Source of the DNA: an uncultured virus (IMG/VR IMGVR_UViG_3300030110_002660)
Taxonomy: Duplodnaviria; Heunggongvirae; Uroviricota; Caudoviricetes
Reading direction: 5' to 3' (one strand)
Virus record (IMG/VR): IMGVR_UViG_3300030110_002660
DNA: 20,000 bases
How positions within the stretch are numbered: the stretch's first letter is position 1; every line of letters starts with the position of its first letter. The position numbers were made by a program, and so were the translations under genes. Of the stretch, positions 14,507 through 20,000 are shown piece by piece. The notes beneath the pieces are model-generated. The model had not been told where the DNA came from. It did not search any database and saw only the letters and a program-made list of their open reading frames with translations.

Positions 14507-15220
14507 ATGCCAGAAAAAAAGAAAGCAAAAGAAATTACAGATTCACAATTAATTAAAATAAAACCAGTTACAGATAATCAAAAAGTAGCATTTGACGCAT
14601 TTAAAAAAGGACAAAATATTTTTCAATATGGTGCTGCTGGAACTGGAAAAACTTTTGTTGCATTATACCTAGCACTTAAAGAAGTTTTAGATTTAAAAAG
14701 TCCATACCATAGAGTATGCCTTGTTCGTTCATTACTGACAACAAAAGATGAATCATTTATTCCTAATAAAGAAAATGACACAACACTTTTATATCAAACT
14801 GTCTATCAGAATATGGTACAATTTATGTTTGAACAACCAAATGAAGATGCGTTCAGTTCGTTATATGATAGATTAAAAACACAACAAAGTTTATATTTTC
14901 TTTCTACTTCCTTTCTTCGAGGATTGACTTTTGATAATTCTATTATTGTTGTAGATGAATGTCAAAATTTAAATTTTCATGAGTTAGATACTATTATAAC
15001 AAGAGTTGGACAAAATAGTAGAATTATTTTTTGTGGTGATGTAGACCAAAGTGATTTAGTTAGGACACAAGAAAAAAATGGTATTTTAGATTTTACTAGA
15101 GTGCTTGAACAAATGGATGAATTCACATTAGTTGAATATAATTTAGGTGATATAGTTCGTTCTGGATTTGTTAGAAATTATTTAATTAATAAAATTAAAT
15201 TAGGACTTGCTACTGGTTAA
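14507..15220 (+). CDS. phoH: PhoH-family ATPase
   Basis: Walker A GAAGTGKT, FLRGLTF, Walker B IIVVDECQN, TRVGQNSRIIFCGDVDQSDL, DIVRSGFV. Confidence 0.93.
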   Translation: MPEKKKAKEITDSQLIKIKPVTDNQKVAFDAFKKGQNIFQYGAAGTGKTFVALYLALKEVLDLKSPYHRVCLVRSLLTTKDESFIPNKENDTTLLYQTVYQNMVQFMFEQPNEDAFSSLYDRLKTQQSLYFLSTSFLRGLTFDNSIIVVDECQNLNFHELDTIITRVGQNSRIIFCGDVDQSDLVRTQEKNGILDFTRVLEQMDEFTLVEYNLGDIVRSGFVRNYLINKIKLGLATG

Positions 15221-15255
15221 TAAAAAAAATATTATTAATATAGGATGTTAATATA

Positions 15256-15972
15256 ATGAAAAAAATACATGAATTTAAAAGAGAAATAAAATATGTTCCC
15301 GAACTTTCAACACAAAATGTAGATAGAAAACGATACTATGTAACACCGAAGAAACTTCTTTATCCATCTATAACTACAGTTTTATCTCAACGAGGTAAAC
15401 AGGGATTACTCGAATGGAGAAAACGAGTTGGAGAAGAAGTAGCAAATCATATTACTAGAACTTCTGCTAGTAGAGGCTCTGCTGTTCATAAGATGTGTGA
15501 AGATTATTTAATGAATCAACACATTTATAATCCAACCGATTTTGAAAAACATTCACAAAGACATTTTCTTGGATATTGTTTATTCAATAGATTAAAAGAA
15601 GAAGTTTTACAAAATATTGATAATATATATGCACAAGAAACAACATTGTGGTCAGATAGATTAATGGTTGCTGGTAGAGTGGATTGTATTGCAAAATATA
15701 AAGATGTTCCTACTATTATTGATTTTAAAACATCAAGAAGTGAACGAAATGATGAGTGGAATGAAAACTATTATATACAAGCAACAGCATATTCTGAAAT
15801 GTTTGAAGAAAGAACAGGAATGAAGATAGACCAGATTGCTATTCTAGTTGTAACTGAAGATGGAACTGTTCAAGAGTTTGTTAAAAATAAAAAAGATTAT
15901 TTACATTTATTAGATGAAGCTTTAGAGGTTTATTCTCTTAAAGATAATGCACAAGGTCTTACTGCGAATTAG
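15256..15972 (+). CDS. PD-(D/E)xK exonuclease of T4-like phages
   Basis: YPSITTVL, RGSAVH, AGRVDCI, IIDFKTS, YYIQATAY. Confidence 0.88.
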   Translation: MKKIHEFKREIKYVPELSTQNVDRKRYYVTPKKLLYPSITTVLSQRGKQGLLEWRKRVGEEVANHITRTSASRGSAVHKMCEDYLMNQHIYNPTDFEKHSQRHFLGYCLFNRLKEEVLQNIDNIYAQETTLWSDRLMVAGRVDCIAKYKDVPTIIDFKTSRSERNDEWNENYYIQATAYSEMFEERTGMKIDQIAILVVTEDGTVQEFVKNKKDYLHLLDEALEVYSLKDNAQGLTAN

Positions 15973-15980
15973 ATACTTGA

Positions 15981-16053
15981 GGGGCTGTAGCTCAATAGGG
16001 AGAGCGCCTGCTTTGCAAGCAGGAGGTCGCAAGTTCAATTCTTGTCAGCTCCA
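15981..16053 (+). tRNA. tRNA-Ala (anticodon UGC), CCA not encoded
   Basis: Acceptor GGGGCTG/CAGCTCC+A with G3-U70; anticodon arm CCTGC-TTTGCAA-GCAGG; T arm GCAAG-TTCAATT-CTTGT. Confidence 0.96.
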
Positions 16054-16054
16054 C

Positions 16055-16083
16055 TTGACAAATGATAGAAAATAAGTTATAAT
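16055..16083 (+). promoter_or_regulatory. Sigma70 consensus promoter for tmRNA
   Basis: TTGACA-17 nt-TATAAT immediately before the tmRNA acceptor piece. Confidence 0.85.
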
Positions 16084-16089
16084 AAATAA

Positions 16090-16295
16090 CAAAATAATCC
16101 ATTAAGTAATATGGTAAGACGGAGATTCGATTTCTCCCGCCTCCAAGAATTACTAATTATATGAGGGGGCGTTCTGGGTTCGATTGCGATACGAAAGGGT
16201 TATGTTAAGATAACTGATAACATTAATTATCAATTAGCTGCTTAAAAGAAGTAGCGGGAGTTTGGTGGTTTCCTTGGCAACATAAAAACCACCAC
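16090..16295 (+). ncRNA. ssrA: Circularly permuted two-piece tmRNA (acceptor piece ~16090-16145, 19-nt spacer, coding piece 16165-~16295), tag (A)DNINYQLAA*
   Basis: GAC + T arm GGAGA-TTCGATT-TCTCC + CGCCTCCA precedes GGGGGCG (7-bp acceptor stem with G3-U). P2 pairings ATAATCC/GGGTTAT and TATGGTAA/TTGCGATA. ATAACT then GAT AAC ATT AAT TAT CAA TTA GCT GCT TAA (16216-16245). Confidence 0.9.
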
Positions 16296-16306
16296 TAGAG
16301 GTAAAA

Positions 16307-16528
16307 ATGTCATTTAAAACACAAAGAACATTTGAGTTAGAAATAGAACAGATTATTAAAAATTATGAAATGTCTCACATGCAAGCAGTCTTACATTATT
16401 GTGAAACTAATGATATAGACCCATCATCGATTAATAGATTGATATCTAAAACTTTAAAAGAAAAAATAGAATCAGAAGCTAGAGATTTAAATTTTTTTCC
16501 AAAGAGAGGCAAACTTCCCGATTTATAA
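16307..16528 (+). CDS. gp33: Late promoter transcription co-activator
   Basis: FELEIEQII...SHMQAVLHYCETNDID...LISKTLKEKIESEARDLNFF...LP; T4 33-59-32 synteny. Confidence 0.88.
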   Translation: MSFKTQRTFELEIEQIIKNYEMSHMQAVLHYCETNDIDPSSINRLISKTLKEKIESEARDLNFFPKRGKLPDL

Positions 16529-16532
16529 TATA

Positions 16533-17159
16533 ATGGATTCATATGATGCATACAAGTTATATCTTGGTATCAAAACACATTTCGAAAAAGGTAATTATGA
16601 TTTTGTTCAATATGGTGGAAAAACAAGGTCAACTAAAGAATCTTTTTTAAAAAGAAACGATAGAAAGATTTTTTATAAAGTATCTAAATCACATTCTAAT
16701 CTGACAGATTTAAAAAACTATTATATTGCAAACTTTATTCAAACACATAAAGGTTGGGTTGGAGAATTTTCTGAAAAAAATTATTCTGATTGGAAAAAAA
16801 GAATTGAAAGTTTATCATATATATTTGAACAAAATATTTTATTATTAATAAATGAAATTTGTGTTAATAAAAAAGATTACGATATAAATAATTTCGAACA
16901 TATTTTTGAATGTGAGAAAGGAAAACATCCGATTCTTTTGAAGGGATATCTTTCAAAAAGAATTTTTCCAGAAACGCTAATAATTTTGGATGATATCCTT
17001 TCTTATTTTAAAGAGTGGGATAAAATGTTGAGTGATGATATAATCTGGCCAGAAGAAAAAATCTTTCTTAATAAGTATAGAAGATTTCTCGAATTTGATA
17101 AAACCAAATATAAACTTGCTTTGCGTAAATTGGTAAAATTAAATTTGGGAGATAAATAA
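16533..17159 (+). CDS. gp59: Helicase loader
   Basis: YKLYLGIKTHF...YDFVQYGGK...FLKRNDR...PETLIILD; lies between gp33 and gp32. Confidence 0.9.
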   Translation: MDSYDAYKLYLGIKTHFEKGNYDFVQYGGKTRSTKESFLKRNDRKIFYKVSKSHSNLTDLKNYYIANFIQTHKGWVGEFSEKNYSDWKKRIESLSYIFEQNILLLINEICVNKKDYDINNFEHIFECEKGKHPILLKGYLSKRIFPETLIILDDILSYFKEWDKMLSDDIIWPEEKIFLNKYRRFLEFDKTKYKLALRKLVKLNLGDK

Positions 17160-17161
17160 AA

Positions 17162-17353
17162 ATGTCAGATAGTATAAAAAAGTTATCAGAAAATAAATGG
17201 TTATTCAGATATACCATTTCATCTGTTAATACACAAGACAATAAGAAGAAAAAAGATATAGAGATTAATTTTGATATATCTAATATGAATCAAGTCGGTA
17301 TCTGGACTATTTCAGAAGATAGTTTAGAAGACTTGACAAACGATACAAAATAA
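17162..17353 (+). CDS. Small hypothetical protein
   Basis: GGAG SD; fills the gap between gp59 and the gp32 promoter. Confidence 0.6.
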   Translation: MSDSIKKLSENKWLFRYTISSVNTQDNKKKKDIEINFDISNMNQVGIWTISEDSLEDLTNDTK

Positions 17354-17361
17354 GTTATAAT
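17333..17361 (+). promoter_or_regulatory. Sigma70 consensus promoter for gp32
   Basis: TTGACA-17 nt-TATAAT; near-duplicate of the tmRNA promoter. Confidence 0.85.
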
Positions 17362-17431
17362 AAACTTATTATGTTTTATATCATGAAAGAACTTGGATAA
17401 GACAAATATGTACACATAAGGAGAATACGAT

Positions 17432-18325
17432 ATGTCGTTAGAATCATTGAAACGAAATAGTGGTTTAGATAAACTACTTACAGCAGTTGAAAAAGAAACT
17501 GCACCCATTGATAAAAAAAGTTTTGTTGATGAAAGATTTTGGAAACCAGAACTTGATAAAACAGGAAATGGTTATGCTGTTATCAGATTTTTACCAGCAC
17601 CAGATAATGAAGATATGCCATGGTCTAAGGTTTGGAGTCATGCTTTTCAAGGCCCAACTGGACAATGGTACATTGAAAATTCATTAACAACTATGAATGG
17701 GAAAGACCCTGTCTCTGAAGCAAACACACTTCTTTGGAATACTGGAAATGAGCCAGATAAAGAACTTGCAAGAAAGAGAAAAAGGAAACTTAATTACTAT
17801 TCTAATATTTTAGTAGTAAGCGACCCAAAACACCCAGAACACGAAGGTAAAGTAAAACTTTTCAAATATGGAAAGAAAATCTTTGACAAATTGATGGAAG
17901 CAATGCAACCACAATTTGAAGATGAGTCACCAGTAAATCCATTTGATTTCTGGAAAGGTGCTAATTTCAAATTGAAAATCAGAAAAGTAGATGGTTATTG
18001 GAACTATGATAAATCAGAATTCGAAAAACCTAGTGCTGTTATTGACGGAGATGACAAGAAATTGGAAGAACTCTGGCATCAACAATACTCACTTGCTGAA
18101 TTTACTTCTGCATCTAATTTCAAATCATATGATGAATTGAAAGAAAGGTTTGAAAGAGTAATTGCAGGTACTACTACTGTAGGTAATGCTGCTGATTTAA
18201 CTGAAACTGCACCTGCACCATCAGTTGATAGCGATACTGCACCATCAGTTAGTAATGATACTACATCATCAGATGATGATAGTGAAAATGCTATGTCTTA
18301 CTTTGAGAAACTTGCTCAAGAGTAG
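17432..18325 (+). CDS. gp32: Single-stranded DNA-binding protein
   Basis: DERFWKP, GNGYAVIRFLP, WYIENSLTT, FKYGKKIFDK, PFDFWKGANFKLK, NYDKSEF, acidic C-tail. Confidence 0.96.
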   Translation: MSLESLKRNSGLDKLLTAVEKETAPIDKKSFVDERFWKPELDKTGNGYAVIRFLPAPDNEDMPWSKVWSHAFQGPTGQWYIENSLTTMNGKDPVSEANTLLWNTGNEPDKELARKRKRKLNYYSNILVVSDPKHPEHEGKVKLFKYGKKIFDKLMEAMQPQFEDESPVNPFDFWKGANFKLKIRKVDGYWNYDKSEFEKPSAVIDGDDKKLEELWHQQYSLAEFTSASNFKSYDELKERFERVIAGTTTVGNAADLTETAPAPSVDSDTAPSVSNDTTSSDDDSENAMSYFEKLAQE

Positions 18326-18336
18326 GTCTTAAACTT

Positions 18337-18363
18337 AAAGGGGACTTTTTTAAGTTCCCTTTT
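18337..18363 (+). terminator. Intrinsic terminator after gp32
   Basis: AAAGGGGACTT-TTTT-AAGTTCCCTTTT hairpin. Confidence 0.7.
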
Positions 18364-18385
18364 AAAAAACTCGGAGTCCATTATT

Positions 18386-18535
18386 ATGAAAAGACAAAAA
18401 CAAAGTTCAAAAGCTGAATATCTTAAAAAGTATGATAAGTCTATGCAACCTTTATCTTCTTTAGGTAGTGGTTTGGTTGGGAAAGCATTATTGGCACTTC
18501 TATTTGTTGCTATATTGATGTTTGTGATTAATTAA
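18386..18535 (+). CDS. 49-aa protein with C-terminal TM helix, not in the ORF track
   Basis: GGAG SD; MKRQKQSSKAEYLKKYDKSMQPLSSLGSGLVGKALLALLFVAILMFVIN; stops 9 nt from the convergent gene. Confidence 0.55.
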   Translation: MKRQKQSSKAEYLKKYDKSMQPLSSLGSGLVGKALLALLFVAILMFVIN

Positions 18536-18544
18536 ACTTTAGGA

Positions 18545-20000
18545 TTATATTCCATTTCCTACAAGTCTACCGACTATCATATCTGGATTTACTATATGTT
18601 TTTGGTTAACTGCTATGTTCTGGTTTGAAACTGCCGTATTTCCGCCGTGAGTAGTAACAAATGTTTGTGATTGCTGTACTCCAGCTCCTGCTTTACCAAG
18701 TGCGTTCTCTTCTATTTCTTTACCAACATTTTTATTTTTTATCATTGCACTATCTTTCATAATAGTACCATCTGGCATTAAATGACTTCCTGCTGGTGCA
18801 ATTCTTTCTCTCATACCTGTAGTTGGGTTTGTTCTATATTTTGTATTATCTGACTTATCTGGTATATCCATTCCAAAGAACTCAAAGATTCCTTTTAAAA
18901 AATTACCTAATTTTTTAAATATAGAACCTAGTGTGTCACTTATTCCAGTAATTATAAATTCAAATCCTTTGGAAAACATCTCCATAACAGGTTGAATAAA
19001 TTCAAAAAACTTTTTTAAAAAAGCACTAATTTCTTTATGGTAGAAAGGAATAAGTAGTACAGCTGCTGGGCCCAACAGAGCACCAAACCTAAGAAATATT
19101 TTGCTTAAAAATCCTTTGAGAAAATTCTGTAGACCACCCGACATATATATTTGTTGAATCATCTTTGCACCCATAATTCTTGTAAAGANNNNNNNNNNAG
19201 AAAGCTGTTATTGTTTTTGTTAGAAATGGCCCTAATCTACCAAAAGCAAGAACACTAGCACCACCTGCAATAGTACCCAAAAAATCTCCTAGAAAATTAC
19301 TCAAAAATTGACCACCACCCTCTTTGAGTGTTGTTAATTTATTTGTAATTCCTGATGCTTCTCTAGTTTTCCTTCCTATTTCTTTAAGATTTTCTAACAT
19401 TGATAGTTTATCTTGTTTTGCTTCTCTAGCTCTATCTTGTTCTGCTTCTAGTCTTTTTGCAGCGGTTTCTTTATTCTGTTCGCCTTGTTTTAATGTTTCT
19501 TTTAATAACGAATTTACTTTTACTTGTGTTACATGTTGAACTTCTGCGTCAACTTTTTGGTGTTCTACCATCTTTGTAAGTAATTCGTTTTGTTTTTCTG
19601 GATGAGCAGCTGCTATGAGTTTTTTTTGTTCATCAGTAAAATCTTCATTAAGTTTTAGACTTTTCAACAGTACATCTAATGCTGCTTCGTCAGTTTCTTG
19701 TTTTGCTTTTTCTATTGCTGCCATTTCTTCGGTTTTTTTAAAACCTTTTAAACTCATGCCAGCGATGTCAGCAAGTCTTTTATTGGTTTCCTCTCCACCA
19801 ATACCAATCATTCTTCCTGTAGCAGATATTCCATCATTAATTCTTCCTACACTTTCGTGTATATTTCCAAAAACACTACCTAAAAGCGGTACACCTTCTG
19901 TTCGTTCTACTAATTTACCTAAAAATCCACCAGTTATTTTATTTGTAGCTTTTTGAAATTTACCTGTCTCTCTAAGTAGAACATCGTTCTTCTTATTAGT
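18545..20000 (-). CDS. 3' part of a large tape-measure/baseplate-hub-like structural protein (partial, frame broken at the N gap 19189-19198)
   Basis: One frame is open from 20000 to the gap and another from the gap to the stop at 18545. Charged helical region followed by amphipathic Gly/Phe/Leu-rich helices. Confidence 0.6.

Noticed and set aside
15256..15972. Cas4 / CRISPR system
   Set aside because: PD-(D/E)xK fold only; no four-Cys Fe-S arrangement, no array and no other cas genes.
16883..16890. TATAAATA inside gp59
   Set aside because: Intragenic match in AT-rich DNA, far from any start codon; may be chance.
19089..19210. Apparent frameshift or two overlapping genes on the - strand
   Set aside because: The frame change coincides with a 10-N scaffold gap (19189-19198) of arbitrary length. 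It is an assembly artefact, not programmed frameshifting or a pseudogene.

Overview
AT-rich segment of a T4-like (myovirus) phage genome, probably aquatic, with a probable alphaproteobacterial host (inferred). On the + strand it carries a candidate lysis/membrane cluster (two-component spanin, DUF1353-like protein, small membrane proteins), gp61 primase, a class II (B12-dependent) ribonucleotide reductase and a RuvC-like nuclease. These are followed by a late-promoter three-gene module of exported/membrane proteins (including an 825-aa acidic protein with a lectin-like head), ribosomal protein bS21, RNase H, a zincin-motif protein, PhoH, a PD-(D/E)xK nuclease, tRNA-Ala(UGC), gp33, gp59 and gp32. 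A large convergent - strand structural gene is broken by an assembly gap. The strongest signals absent from the ORF track are non-coding. One is a very compact, circularly permuted two-piece tmRNA (tag (A)DNINYQLAA, no room for pk1) next to tRNA-Ala. Others are a ~93-nt rod-shaped RNA between a T4 late promoter and a terminator upstream of phoH, a GC-rich three-way-junction element after the RNR gene, and two pairs of near-identical sigma70 promoters. All calls come from motif recognition by eye; no searches were run.
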